57,675 nucleotides of DNA from an uncultured bacterium (GCA_965541615.1 CBEUCJ010000006.1:1-57675), one strand, 5' to 3'; shown: positions 42,740 to 53,656, counted from the stretch's first letter. The notes: a model not told the origin generated them from the sequence alone. Program-made: numbers and translations.

Positions 42740-44115
42740 TTAAAGAGATACTTTCTAAATCAAAAAGGTTACATTTAGTAGGGATTGGAGGAATAGGAAT
42801 GAGTGGGTTAGCTATTTTGTTAAAAGAATCTGGATTTTGTGTACAAGGTTCAGATATTAAAGAATCAGAAAATACTAAGATTTTAAAAGAAAAGGGCATC
42901 AAAGTATTTATAGGACATTCTTCTGAGAATATTACTTCTCAAGAAGTTTTAATCCTATCCTCAGCTATTAAGTCAGATAACCCTGAAGTTTTAGAGGCAA
43001 AGAAAAGAGGTATTCCGTTGTTGAGGAGGAGTCAAGTCTTAAATTATTTAGTTGAAGATAAAAAAACTATATGTGTTTGTGGAGCTCATGGGAAGACGAC
43101 TGTTTCAGGGATGTGTTCTTTTCTGCTTAAAAATGTTTTGAAAAGAGTCTCTTGGTTTGTAGGAGGCAGATTCAGAAACTCTCTTTTACATGCAAGAAAA
43201 GAAGATTTTGAGTATTTCATCGTAGAGACAGATGAGAGTGATGGTTCGTTTTTAGATTTTCATCCTTACATAACTATCTGTACGAACATAGATAAAGAGC
43301 ATTTAAATTTTTATGGGAGTTTTGATAATTTAAAGAAAAAATTTTTAGAGTTTTTTTCAAGGACCAAGTATAAAAATATTATATGTTTAGATAACAGGTA
43401 TTTAAGAGAGAGTCTCTCTCAGATACCTAAAAAACTCACCTATGGATTTAGTAAAGATGCTGATTTAAGAGCAGATGTTGTAGATTTAAACACTTCACGG
43501 TTTAAAGTATTCTTGAACAGAAAGTATATAGAAGAATTTAAGATAAAATTATTTGGTCTTCACAATATTTTGAATTCCTTAGCATGTATTTGTGTAGGTG
43601 TAATTTTGGGTTTGGATTCAAAGGAGATTAAAAAAGTGCTCAGCAAATTCGAAGGGATAAAAAGGAGGTTAGAATTAAAGTATAATTTAAAAGATATACT
43701 TTTTTTTGATGATTACGCTCACCATCCTCAGGAAATAAAAGAAAGTTTAAAAGCTTTAAAACTTTTTTCTCCTAATAGATTGATCTGCGTATTTCAACCT
43801 CATAGGTATTCTAGGTTCAGTATTTTATTTAAAGAATTTTTAGATTCTTTTGATGGAGTAGATTTTTTGATAATCACAGATATTTATCCTGCTCAGGAAC
43901 AAAATATTTATCAGATAGATATTTTAGATTTTTATAAAGAGATGAGAAAAAGATTAAAAAATAGAGTTAAATACTTGCATTTAGAAGATATACCCAAATT
44001 CTTAAAGGATTTTTTAAAGCCAAAAGATTTACTCGTAAGTTTAGGAGCAGGTAATGTCAATAAGGTATTAGAAGAAACTTACTCCCTTTTAAATGAAAAT
44101 AATAAAAAACTTTGA
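42733..44115 (+). CDS. murC: UDP-N-acetylmuramate--L-alanine ligase
   Basis: HLVGIGGIGMSGLA, CGAHGKTTVS, DDYAHHP, and dcw position. Confidence 0.9.
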   Translation: MLIKEILSKSKRLHLVGIGGIGMSGLAILLKESGFCVQGSDIKESENTKILKEKGIKVFIGHSSENITSQEVLILSSAIKSDNPEVLEAKKRGIPLLRRSQVLNYLVEDKKTICVCGAHGKTTVSGMCSFLLKNVLKRVSWFVGGRFRNSLLHARKEDFEYFIVETDESDGSFLDFHPYITICTNIDKEHLNFYGSFDNLKKKFLEFFSRTKYKNIICLDNRYLRESLSQIPKKLTYGFSKDADLRADVVDLNTSRFKVFLNRKYIEEFKIKLFGLHNILNSLACICVGVILGLDSKEIKKVLSKFEGIKRRLELKYNLKDILFFDDYAHHPQEIKESLKALKLFSPNRLICVFQPHRYSRFSILFKEFLDSFDGVDFLIITDIYPAQEQNIYQIDILDFYKEMRKRLKNRVKYLHLEDIPKFLKDFLKPKDLLVSLGAGNVNKVLEETYSLLNENNKKL

Positions 44116-44941
44116 TTTAAAAAAAATCCTCAATTTAAATATTGGAGGAAAAGCTCTGTTTTATGCTAAAGTTCAAAATTTGCCTGAGTTAGAAGAGATT
44201 TTGAGATGGAGGAAAACCAAAGGAGTAAACTTAAAGATTTTAGGCAAAGGCACTAACATCTTAATGCAGGAAGGTCTTTTTGAAGAACTTTTTTTGCAGG
44301 TAAACATAGATTACATTTTTCCTCAAGATCAAATCTTAAGAGTAGGAGCAGGCACTCATCTAAATAGATTGATCAAATTCTGTGTAAAAAATAAATTAAA
44401 AGGTTTAGAGACTCTATGGGGTATACCAGCGAGTGTAGGAGGAGCTATTGTAAAGAATGCTTCTACTAAATGGGGTGAGATTTCAGAGAGGCTTTCAAAT
44501 ATCAAGGTATTAGATTTAAAAGGGAAAAAATTCACAATACCTAAAAAAATGATCCCTTTTTCTTATAGGTATTCAGGAATAAAGGATTTGGTAATTTATG
44601 AGGCTGAGTTTAAATTAGAGAAGACAAAAGAGAGTTTAGATGAAAAGATAAAAAATTTCTTTGAATATAGAAGATCTACTCAACCCTTAGAATATAAAAA
44701 TTCAGGTTGTGTATTTAAGAATTCTTTGGAGTTTTCAGCAGGAGAGTTAATAGAAAATGTAGGTTTAAAAGGATACAGTATTGGAAAGGTAAGTGTGAGT
44801 CTAAAACATGCTAATTTTTTTATAGTTAAAGAAGGTGCAAGATTCTCAGATTTTTATAATCTTATGGAATTTGTAAAAAATAAAGTTAAAGAAAAAACAG
44901 GTATAGAATTAGAACCAGATTTAATCATATGGAAAATATAA
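44093..44941 (+). CDS. murB: UDP-N-acetylenolpyruvoylglucosamine reductase
   Basis: FAD-binding type (LGKGTNIL, IPASVGGA) and RRSTQPLEYKNSGCVFKN. dcw position. Confidence 0.88.
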   Translation: MKIIKNFDLKKILNLNIGGKALFYAKVQNLPELEEILRWRKTKGVNLKILGKGTNILMQEGLFEELFLQVNIDYIFPQDQILRVGAGTHLNRLIKFCVKNKLKGLETLWGIPASVGGAIVKNASTKWGEISERLSNIKVLDLKGKKFTIPKKMIPFSYRYSGIKDLVIYEAEFKLEKTKESLDEKIKNFFEYRRSTQPLEYKNSGCVFKNSLEFSAGELIENVGLKGYSIGKVSVSLKHANFFIVKEGARFSDFYNLMEFVKNKVKEKTGIELEPDLIIWKI

Positions 44942-45894
44942 ATGACTTAAAGATAGGAATCTTTATGGGAGGAAATTCTTTAGAAAGAGAGATTTCTCTT
45001 ATTACAGGAGAGAATGTTTTGAAAGCTCTTAAAAAAAGAGGATTAAATGTTGTGGGAATAGACTTAAGAACAGAATCAAAACACGAAATAAAAAACATAA
45101 TAACTCAATATAAAATAGATTTAGTTTTTATTGCTATGCATGGAAGATTTGGAGAAGATGGCACTTTGCAGAGTATTTTAGAAGATTTAGGTGTCCCTTA
45201 TACAGGTTCAGATAGCAGAGCTAGTAAAAACGCTATGGATAAGACTTTGACCAGAAAACTTCAAATACTACATAATATTCCTCATCCTAAATTTAAAGTA
45301 GTAAAGAAGAAAGATGAGATAGATTTAGAGAGTTTATTAAAAGAGTTTAAAAATGGTAAGATAGTCATAAAACCTGCAAATCAAGGTTCAAGTATAGGTT
45401 TGCATATAATAAAAAAAGAAAAGTTTGAGTTAAATAAAGCCTTAAAAGAGGCATTTAAGATAGATGAGACTCTTTTAATAGAGGAATTTATAGAAGGAGC
45501 AGAATTAACAGTAGGGATCTTAGAAGAAAGAGTTCTGCCTCCAATTCGTATAATTCCTAAAGAGGTATGTTTTGATTTTAAATGTAAGTATACTCAGGGT
45601 TTTACTTTCTATGAAGTGCCAGCAAAGATTCCAAAGGAATTAGAAGAAAAGGTAAAAGATTTAGCTTTAAAAACTCACAGAGCTTTAGGTTTAAGAGATT
45701 TTTCAAGAATAGATATGAGAATTTCTTTGGAAGGAGAGCCTTTTGTATTAGAAGCAAATTCTATTCCGGGATTGACTCCAACTAGTCTATTACCCAAAGC
45801 TGCAAAATTAGTAGGTTTTGATTTTGAGTCTCTTTGCATTAAGATGATAGAGTTGGCTTTGAAAAGATGTACAAAAAAAGAAGGGTCTTTATAA
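44929..45894 (+). CDS. ddl: D-alanine--D-alanine ligase
   Basis: ATP-grasp fold. HGRFGEDGTLQSILEDLGVPYTGS, KPANQGSSIG and EANSIPGLTPTSLLPKAA. Confidence 0.92.
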   Translation: MENINDLKIGIFMGGNSLEREISLITGENVLKALKKRGLNVVGIDLRTESKHEIKNIITQYKIDLVFIAMHGRFGEDGTLQSILEDLGVPYTGSDSRASKNAMDKTLTRKLQILHNIPHPKFKVVKKKDEIDLESLLKEFKNGKIVIKPANQGSSIGLHIIKKEKFELNKALKEAFKIDETLLIEEFIEGAELTVGILEERVLPPIRIIPKEVCFDFKCKYTQGFTFYEVPAKIPKELEEKVKDLALKTHRALGLRDFSRIDMRISLEGEPFVLEANSIPGLTPTSLLPKAAKLVGFDFESLCIKMIELALKRCTKKEGSL

Positions 45895-46559
45895 TTTGCA
45901 TTTTTTCTTTTATAATCATAGCTTCTTTGTATTTTTTAACTTTATTTATTTTAAATAGTTTTTTATTTAAAATAGAGAAGATAATAACTGAACCTTTTAA
46001 TTATAATCTTTCTAAATACCTTGAAGAAAAAATTATAGGTAAGAATATCTTTAAATTAGATATAAAAAAGTTAAAAAAACAGACTTTAAAAGACTTTTAC
46101 AAAGATTTAGAAGAAATAGAGTTTCTCAAAATACTACCTAATTCAATAAAGGTCAGATTTAAACCTAGAAAATTTATATTTCAAGTTTTTTATAGAGGAA
46201 AGTGGTATATGTTAGATAAGAATCTCAAGGCAGTTAAAAGATTAAAATATGCCCCCCATCCTCAACTTATAGAAATTCGTGGTTTGGAATTCAAAGACAA
46301 AGATAAGATTCAGGTTTTAAGAGTGCTCTCTCAGGGGTTAGAAGAACAAGGATTTTTAAAGGAGATAAAGTTCATTGAGATATATACATTAGTAAATTTA
46401 AGATTTAAAATGAAATCAAATTTAAAAATCATAATAGGTTATAAAGATATTAAAAACCGTTTATCTAGTTTAAAGGAAATATTAAAAAGAATAAAAAAAG
46501 AAGATTTAGAATATGTAGATTTGAGATTTGAAAAACCAGTAATAAGATTTAAAAGATGA
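45867..46559 (+). CDS. ftsQ: FtsQ-like cell division protein (TM plus POTRA)
   Basis: N-terminal TM helix and a POTRA-like region. Lies in the conserved position between ddl and ftsA. Sequence is divergent. Confidence 0.65.
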   Translation: MYKKRRVFIICIFSFIIIASLYFLTLFILNSFLFKIEKIITEPFNYNLSKYLEEKIIGKNIFKLDIKKLKKQTLKDFYKDLEEIEFLKILPNSIKVRFKPRKFIFQVFYRGKWYMLDKNLKAVKRLKYAPHPQLIEIRGLEFKDKDKIQVLRVLSQGLEEQGFLKEIKFIEIYTLVNLRFKMKSNLKIIIGYKDIKNRLSSLKEILKRIKKEDLEYVDLRFEKPVIRFKR

Positions 46560-47722
46560 TAAGCTGGGGTTTGGATTTAGGTTCTTCTAAGATAAGTTTG
46601 GTAGGAATAAGAAAAGTAAAGCCCCTTGAAATAGTATTTTCTAAATTTTGGGAGACAGATTTTATAGAATCTGGTTACATTAAAGATTTTTATGGGATGG
46701 TAGAATTTTTAGATAAGATATTCAAAAAAACTGAAATTGAAACAGGATTCAAAATAGATGACTTGAATGTGAATATTTCAGGTAGTTTTTTAAACACCAA
46801 ATTCTCAGATTTTTCTTTTGTAATCACAGAAGAAAAGGAAAAATTAATTACCAAAAGAGATACAGATTACATTATAAAGCAAGCCCAACTCTTAGCCTTA
46901 AATTGGACAGAAAAACTTTTACATACATTTCCTCAAGAATTTATAATAGATGATACAGAGATAGTCAAAAATCCTGTTGGACTTTGGGGTAGAAAATTAA
47001 AGGGTAATATTTTTATAATAAGCACGCCTCTCACTATCTATGAGAATATTAAAAAATTATTTGAGTTTTTAGATAAAAACTTAAAGAATCTTATTTTTAG
47101 TGGAATAGCTCAAAGTCAAATATTCTTAGATTCAGATCTTAAAAATCAAGGATGTGTATTGGTAGATGTAGGAGATACTCTCACAGAAGTTTTAAGCTTT
47201 GAAGCAGGTATCCTTAAGTCTGTGAAAATTATTAATCAAGGTTTGAGAAATATTACAAGAAAGATCTCAGAGGATTTTGAGATCTCTTTGGAATTAGCCA
47301 AAAAAGTTAAAGAAGAATTTGTTAATTTAGAAAGTCCTTCAGATGAGGAGATAATGGTAAGGTTAGGTTCAGATTATAAAAAAATAGAAGTTTCAAAAGT
47401 TAAAGAGATAATGGTAAATCAAATAAAAAATATATTTGAAGAGATAAAAGATATTTTAAAAAAAGAAAATTTATTCATGTTAGCTGAGAAAAATTTAGTG
47501 GTATGTGGAGGTATAGTCCAAATAAAAGGTTTCTGTAAGATAATAGAAGAATCTTTTGGTAAGAGTCCTTTGGTGCCTCAAATAGAAGGTTTAGATACAA
47601 AGAGAAATTCTTTAGCTTTGGGATTGGCTATTATGGGATTTGAATCCAGAAAGAAAAGAGTGTTTAATAAATTTTTGAAGTTGATCAATACTTTAAAAGA
47701 GATATACTCTGAATATTTTTAA
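46556..47722 (+). CDS. ftsA: Cell division protein FtsA (actin-like ATPase)
   Basis: LDLGSSKISLVG phosphate-1 motif, VLVDVGDTLTEV, VCGGIVQIKG, and a C-terminal amphipathic tail (FNKFLKLINTLKEIYSEYF). ATGA overlap with ftsQ. Confidence 0.85.
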   Translation: MISWGLDLGSSKISLVGIRKVKPLEIVFSKFWETDFIESGYIKDFYGMVEFLDKIFKKTEIETGFKIDDLNVNISGSFLNTKFSDFSFVITEEKEKLITKRDTDYIIKQAQLLALNWTEKLLHTFPQEFIIDDTEIVKNPVGLWGRKLKGNIFIISTPLTIYENIKKLFEFLDKNLKNLIFSGIAQSQIFLDSDLKNQGCVLVDVGDTLTEVLSFEAGILKSVKIINQGLRNITRKISEDFEISLELAKKVKEEFVNLESPSDEEIMVRLGSDYKKIEVSKVKEIMVNQIKNIFEEIKDILKKENLFMLAEKNLVVCGGIVQIKGFCKIIEESFGKSPLVPQIEGLDTKRNSLALGLAIMGFESRKKRVFNKFLKLINTLKEIYSEYF

Positions 47723-47724
47723 AA

Positions 47725-50700
47725 ATGGTATTTCCTCATCTTTATATTCTGAATGCTTCAGCAGGAACAGGTAAAACCCGTCAACTCTCTTTAAGGTATA
47801 TTAAATTTCTTCTTTCTCAAAGACCAAATTCAGATATTAAAAATATTTTGGCTATAACTTTTACAAATAAAGCAGCCAATGAGATGAGAGAGAGGATCTT
47901 AGATATGTTGAAAAACATAGCTTTAAAGACCTCTTATTCTCAAAGTATCTTAAAAGAGTTGGGGATAAAAGATCTTGAAAAAGCTTCAAAGATAGCTTGC
48001 AGAAAGATAGAGGAGATAATTTTAAACTATTCAGATTTTTATGTTAAGACAATAGATAGTTTTGTGAACTCTTTGCTTTTAGCTTCAGCTTTTTATTTAA
48101 AGCTCCCTCCTTACGCAGAGATACTCCAAGATTCTCAAGAATTTTTAGAATTTATTTTAGATGAACTATTAGAAACCCTAAATAGAGATCAAAATGTCTT
48201 TAAGCTTTTTAAAGAGTTTTTGAGATTCTATTTAGAAGTAGAGGATAAACCCAGCTGGTACCCTAAGAAAGATATGTTAAACATTTTTATTCAATTTCAT
48301 AATCAAGAAAATATAAGAGCAAAAGATATAAAGACTTTGTTCTTAGAAAAAGATTTCCTGAGTTTAGAAAAGGAAATTAAAGAAAAAATAAAAGAAATTC
48401 TATCTTACATTTATGAAAAGAATATTTTTGTAGAGAAAAAGATAATTAAACTTTTTGAAGAAGCGTTATCTTTTTCTTTTAAAGAATTCTTAAAATCTTT
48501 AAAGAAGATTTTTGATAGGTTATCTACAATTAATTTACCTCAAGAGTTAGAAAAAAAGATTAAGGAATTAAAAAGACTTTGTTCTGAGTATGTAGATAAC
48601 TTTTGTCTACAGAGATTTAATCCTTACATAAATATTTATAAAAAATTTTGCGAGCATTTAGAAGAATTTAAATTTAAGAAGAAGATTATATTTTTAGAAG
48701 AGCTGAACAAAAAAGCTAATCAATTTTTGAAAGGAGATCCAGCCTTTATTCCTGAGATATATTATAGGTTATCTGCTGTCTTTTATCATTTTTTAATAGA
48801 TGAATTTCAAGATACAAGCATCTTACAATGGATGAATATATTTCCTTTAATAGATGAAGCTATATCTAAAGGAGGTTCTTTATTTTATGTAGGTGATAGA
48901 AAACAAGCTATATACAGATTTAGGGGTGGTCAAGCAGAATTATTTGAAGAGGTTAAAGATTATTTTAAAAACAGAGTTGAAAAAATCATTTCAAAGTCTT
49001 TAACAAAAAATTTTAGGAGCAAAGAGAACATAGTTAAATTTAATAATTCAATCTTTAATGTTAAGAACCTTAAAACATTTTTAGATAATTTAGAATTAGA
49101 ACAAACCTATAAAAATAAATTATTAGAGTTTTATAGTGATTCTGAACAAGAAGTTTTAGATACGCAAGATAAAAAAGGTGGGTATGTATATTTAGAACAG
49201 ATCTCTGCCAAAGATTTTCAAGAATACAAAGATTTAGTAAAAGAAAAACTTAAAGAGTTAATAGAGGAGTTAGAGAAAAGATATCTCTATTCTGAGATAG
49301 GAATCCTTTTAAGAAAGAATGAGGATGTGAGAGAAATAACAGAGTTTCTGTTAGAACTTAAAAAACCTGTAAGTTCAGAACAGACCCTTAACATAAAAGA
49401 GAATTATTTGATAAGAGAGATAATAAGTTTTTTAAATTTTCTATTAAATAATTCAGATGATCTTTCTTTTGCTAATTTCATCTTAGGAGATATTTTTCTA
49501 AAAGAATCTAAATTAGAATTTAGTGAACTTAAAAGATGGTTGTATAAAAGAGAAAGATCTGTGCCTCTCTATAAGAATTTTAGTAAAGATTTTCCTTCTA
49601 TATGGAAGAAATATATAGAAGAATTTTTAATAAATTATAAAATTTTGCCTCTCTATGACCTTTTAGATCTATTTTTTAAAAAATTTAAATTGTTAGAAAA
49701 CTTCCCCACTCAAGAAGCCTTTTTTATGCATTTTTTAGAATTGGCAAAGAATAAGGAGGATAAAATAAATAATTTAAGAGATTTTTTAGAAGAATGGGAA
49801 AAAATACCCCTTGAAGAGCTTTTATTGAAAATCTCTGAAAATCTTAAAGGGATAAGAGTAATGACTATACATAAAGCAAAAGGATTAGAATTCAAAGTAG
49901 TTATTTTACCTCAGGTAACAATAGATACTCAATTTTATAGAAAAACACAAAATAGAATATTTAAGGAAACTGAAAGTAGTTTACATCTCATAAGTATCTC
50001 TAAAAATTTTAGTGAACTCTCTTCTAATATAAAAAAAGAATATCAAAAAGAATATTTTTATAATATTTTAGATGAGTTAAATACTCTTTATGTAGCTTTT
50101 ACAAGAGCTTCTGATGAGCTCTATGCTTTTTTTCCTAAAAATATAGGTAGGACTAAGAATGTTGGAATTGAGTTATTTTTTAAAGGAAAAGAAAAGATAG
50201 AGTTAGGAGAAAAATCTAAGAGGAGACCTGTAGAAAAAGAAGCTCCTCAAGAATTCATACCAAAAATTTCAGATAAACCCAAAATTTTTTCTGTTAATCA
50301 AATAAGACTTAAAGATCAGCTTAAATCCCCTCAAGAAGTAATTAAAGAAATAAATAACGAGAATAAATTAAGAGGAGAGATTTTTCATTACATTTTAGCT
50401 CATATCAAGCAGATTCCTTCTGACTATCAAAAATTTTTAGAAGATTTAGTCTCTCAAGTTTGCAGAATTTTTAGTTATTCAGATTCTAAAGGAATTTTAT
50501 CTGTGCTTTTGAAGAATTTTGAGAATCAAAGGTTTAAAGATTTTTTTACGATGAGAGCGAAAATATTTACTGAAAAAGAAATTACAGATAAAAAAGGAAA
50601 TTTAAAAAGAGTAGATAGGTTAATGATTACTCCTAAAAAAATTATCCTTATAGATTTTAAATCTGGAGAGAACTTTTCTCCTGAACACCTAACTCAGATA

Positions 50701-50802
50701 AAGGAGTATGTAGATATTTTAAAAGAAATTTATCCTCAGCAAAAAATAACTCCTTACCTTATATATTTAGAGACTGCAACTGTAAAAGAAGTTTTAATAT
50801 GA
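47725..50802 (+). CDS. UvrD/Rep-type helicase with C-terminal PD-(D/E)XK nuclease (AddA/RecB-like)
   Basis: Walker A NASAGTGKT, DEFQDTS, YRFRGG, VMTIHKAKGLEF and LYVAFTRA. C-terminal nuclease motifs GEIFHYIL and VDRLMITPKKIILIDFKSGE. Confidence 0.82.
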   Translation: MVFPHLYILNASAGTGKTRQLSLRYIKFLLSQRPNSDIKNILAITFTNKAANEMRERILDMLKNIALKTSYSQSILKELGIKDLEKASKIACRKIEEIILNYSDFYVKTIDSFVNSLLLASAFYLKLPPYAEILQDSQEFLEFILDELLETLNRDQNVFKLFKEFLRFYLEVEDKPSWYPKKDMLNIFIQFHNQENIRAKDIKTLFLEKDFLSLEKEIKEKIKEILSYIYEKNIFVEKKIIKLFEEALSFSFKEFLKSLKKIFDRLSTINLPQELEKKIKELKRLCSEYVDNFCLQRFNPYINIYKKFCEHLEEFKFKKKIIFLEELNKKANQFLKGDPAFIPEIYYRLSAVFYHFLIDEFQDTSILQWMNIFPLIDEAISKGGSLFYVGDRKQAIYRFRGGQAELFEEVKDYFKNRVEKIISKSLTKNFRSKENIVKFNNSIFNVKNLKTFLDNLELEQTYKNKLLEFYSDSEQEVLDTQDKKGGYVYLEQISAKDFQEYKDLVKEKLKELIEELEKRYLYSEIGILLRKNEDVREITEFLLELKKPVSSEQTLNIKENYLIREIISFLNFLLNNSDDLSFANFILGDIFLKESKLEFSELKRWLYKRERSVPLYKNFSKDFPSIWKKYIEEFLINYKILPLYDLLDLFFKKFKLLENFPTQEAFFMHFLELAKNKEDKINNLRDFLEEWEKIPLEELLLKISENLKGIRVMTIHKAKGLEFKVVILPQVTIDTQFYRKTQNRIFKETESSLHLISISKNFSELSSNIKKEYQKEYFYNILDELNTLYVAFTRASDELYAFFPKNIGRTKNVGIELFFKGKEKIELGEKSKRRPVEKEAPQEFIPKISDKPKIFSVNQIRLKDQLKSPQEVIKEINNENKLRGEIFHYILAHIKQIPSDYQKFLEDLVSQVCRIFSYSDSKGILSVLLKNFENQRFKDFFTMRAKIFTEKEITDKKGNLKRVDRLMITPKKIILIDFKSGENFSPEHLTQIKEYVDILKEIYPQQKITPYLIYLETATVKEVLI

Positions 50803-53639
50803 AACTATATTCAGTTCCTTTTCATGTAAATCTTATAGAATTCTTAGCAGAATTATTGTTGAAAGAAGCAGATTTCAAAAAAGATTTATCTGAGATTTGT
50901 GTTGTTTTCCCATCTAGAAGACCTAAGTTATTTTTAAATAAACTTCTTTCTCAAAAAATAGGCTCATCTTTTATAAGTCCACAAATTTTTTCTATAATAG
51001 AGTTTATAGATTATTTAGTTAAAAAGACTTCACCTTTTTTAAAAGAACTCTCTTTGCAGGAAAGTAGTTGGGTTATTTTTAATATCTTAAAAAAATCAGA
51101 TTTTTTGAGTTTTAAAGACTACAAAGATACAGAGTTTTGTGAATTTTTTTTATGGGCAAAGAAAATATATGAATTTTTAGAAGATTTAGATAAAGATGAT
51201 ATCTCTAATGAAGAGTTAAAGAGTATAGAAAAGAATGCAGAAATAGGTTATCAAGTTCCTGAAAGGATAAATATTTTACTCAAGAATCTGAAAAAAATAA
51301 GAGAAGAATTTAAGGAGTTTTTAAAGGAAAATAATTTCACTACTTTAGGAAATAATTATCAAATAGCTTTAAAAAACTCTCAAGAAGTAAATTTAGAGGA
51401 ATTCAGATGTATTTACTTTGTAGGTTTTTTTGCTTTAAGAAATGCAGAAAAAAAGATTATAAAAAATATTTTGAATAGAAAAGGAGGAGTATTCTTAGTT
51501 CAAAAAGAAGATACTTGGGAAGTTTTCAAAGAATTAGAGGATTTCTTTAAATCTAAATTTATTGAGATTCCTTTTGAAAGAAAAGAAAAGCCTAAAATAG
51601 AAATATTTGAATGTTTTGATACTCATTCTCAAATAAAGCAAGTAAAAGAAATTTTAAATTCTCTACCTCCTACAGAGATAGAAAATACTTGCATTATGCT
51701 ACCTGAGGCTTCAGCTCTTTTACCTTTATTACTACAAGCAATTTCTTATTTTGATTTTGATTATAATGTCTCTTTGGGATACCCTTTAAAAAGGACCCAT
51801 CTTTTTTCTTTCTTGGATTTATTGGTAAAAGCCCAGGAAAGAAAGAAGAATAATCTCTATTATACTAAAGATTATTTAAAAATAATCACTCATCCTTTCA
51901 TAAAAAATATGAATTTGCCTTCGGTTACTTCAGATAAAATAAGTCTTCTTATAGAAAGGATAGAAAAATCTATTTTAGGAGAAGAAAAGAAAAGTTATTC
52001 TCAAAAACTTTTTATTGATTTGAGAGAAGTAGAAGAAGATCGATCTCTGTTTATAGAAGATGAAAGATTAAAGGAATTTTTAAGAAAGATTCATTTTTTA
52101 TTTTTTGATAAGTTTTCAGAAATGAAGACACCTTTAGAATTCGCCCAACACTTAGAAGAATTATTTTTATTTATTTTAAAATATACTGATACTTTTTTAT
52201 ATATATTTTCAGGAGAGATATTTAAAAAATTTTTTGATCTGCTTAAAGAAATGAAATCTTCTCTTTTTAAAAATGAGAATTTTAAAGACATAAATTCTCT
52301 ATTTGAGTTTTTCAGATTCAATCTTTTAGATCAGAATATTCCTTTTTCTGGCTCTCCTTTGAAAGGTTTACAGATTTTGGGAGCTTTAGAGACGAGAAAT
52401 TTAAATTTCAAAAACGTTATTATTTTAGATGTAAATGAAGGAATTTTACCTAAAACTCCAGAATATGAGAGCCTTATTCCAGAACTCGTAAAACACCAAT
52501 TAGGACTCCCTTCTTATAAAAAAAGAGATGAGATTTATAGATACCACTTTAAAAGACTAATAGGAGGAGCTGAGCGCATTTGGCTTTTTTATAAAAACCT
52601 TCCTCAAGAAGGAGTAACAAGAAGCAGATTTATAGAAGAGATTATCTGGAGAGAAGAAAAAAAGTCTTTAAAATTAGGAGCCCTCCCTGTTAAAAAAATC
52701 TCCTTTAATATAGAAGTTTTAAAAAAAGAGATGAAAATAGAAAAGGATTCAGAAGTATTAAAAAGAATAAGAAATTTAAAGATAACACCCTCAGCTTTAG
52801 ATACTTATTTAGAATGTCCTTTGAAATTTTATTTTCGATATATAATGAATTTAGAAGAGTATCAAGATTTAGAAGAAAACATTGAACCCAAAACCATAGG
52901 AAATTTTTTTCACGAAGTTTTAAAATCTGCATATTTTCAATTTTTAGATAGAGAAATAATTTTGGATGAAAATTTTGAAAAAAGTCTTTTCAAAATAGCA
53001 GAGCAAAAATTTAAGGAATATTTTAAATTAGAGACACCAGAATCTTTTCTTTTAAAAGAAATACTCTTCTACAGATTAAAAAGATTTTTAGAAAAAGAGA
53101 AAGAGAAAAAAGAGAAAATAAAGATCTTATATATAGAGAGAGAATTCCCTATTAAGAATGATTTTATTATATCTTCAGAAAGAGGAAATTTTTCCTTAAA
53201 AGGAATATTAGATAGAGTAGAAGAAAGATATAAAGACGAAGATAAGAACGCAAAAGTAGTAATATTAGATTATAAGACATCTTCTCCTAAAAATTTCAAA
53301 TTCAAATTAGATAAAGTGAATACAAAAGATATAGAGACCATCAAAGAGAATATCTCTTCTTTACAACTTCCTTTTTATTTGCTCTTAGTTCAAAAAGACT
53401 TTCCACAAAAAGATTTAGATGCAGGTTTTTATTTCCTAAAAACTAGCCAGGAAAAATTCTTCTTTAAAGATTATCTTAAATGTAAAAGTTTAAAAGAAAA
53501 AAGAGAAGTTCTTTTATTTTTTGAAGAGATTATAAAAGAAATCTTAGAGAAACTTTCAGATCCTAAAATTCCTTTTGTGAGAACTACATTTAAAGAAAGT
53601 TGCAGATACTGTCCTTATTCGACTTTATGTAAGATATAG
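50799..53639 (+). CDS. AddB-like PD-(D/E)XK nuclease subunit with a Cas4/AddB-type Cys cluster
   Basis: ATGA overlap with the helicase gene. Nuclease core (GILDRVEE..., VVILDYKTSS). Cys pattern C-x(n)-CxxCxxxxxC (YLECPLKF ... CRYCPYSTLC), typical of the AddB Fe-S nuclease domain. Degenerate helicase-like N-terminus. Confidence 0.75.
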   Translation: MKLYSVPFHVNLIEFLAELLLKEADFKKDLSEICVVFPSRRPKLFLNKLLSQKIGSSFISPQIFSIIEFIDYLVKKTSPFLKELSLQESSWVIFNILKKSDFLSFKDYKDTEFCEFFLWAKKIYEFLEDLDKDDISNEELKSIEKNAEIGYQVPERINILLKNLKKIREEFKEFLKENNFTTLGNNYQIALKNSQEVNLEEFRCIYFVGFFALRNAEKKIIKNILNRKGGVFLVQKEDTWEVFKELEDFFKSKFIEIPFERKEKPKIEIFECFDTHSQIKQVKEILNSLPPTEIENTCIMLPEASALLPLLLQAISYFDFDYNVSLGYPLKRTHLFSFLDLLVKAQERKKNNLYYTKDYLKIITHPFIKNMNLPSVTSDKISLLIERIEKSILGEEKKSYSQKLFIDLREVEEDRSLFIEDERLKEFLRKIHFLFFDKFSEMKTPLEFAQHLEELFLFILKYTDTFLYIFSGEIFKKFFDLLKEMKSSLFKNENFKDINSLFEFFRFNLLDQNIPFSGSPLKGLQILGALETRNLNFKNVIILDVNEGILPKTPEYESLIPELVKHQLGLPSYKKRDEIYRYHFKRLIGGAERIWLFYKNLPQEGVTRSRFIEEIIWREEKKSLKLGALPVKKISFNIEVLKKEMKIEKDSEVLKRIRNLKITPSALDTYLECPLKFYFRYIMNLEEYQDLEENIEPKTIGNFFHEVLKSAYFQFLDREIILDENFEKSLFKIAEQKFKEYFKLETPESFLLKEILFYRLKRFLEKEKEKKEKIKILYIEREFPIKNDFIISSERGNFSLKGILDRVEERYKDEDKNAKVVILDYKTSSPKNFKFKLDKVNTKDIETIKENISSLQLPFYLLLVQKDFPQKDLDAGFYFLKTSQEKFFFKDYLKCKSLKEKREVLLFFEEIIKEILEKLSDPKIPFVRTTFKESCRYCPYSTLCKI

Positions 53640-53656
53640 AACCTATGTTTACTGGC

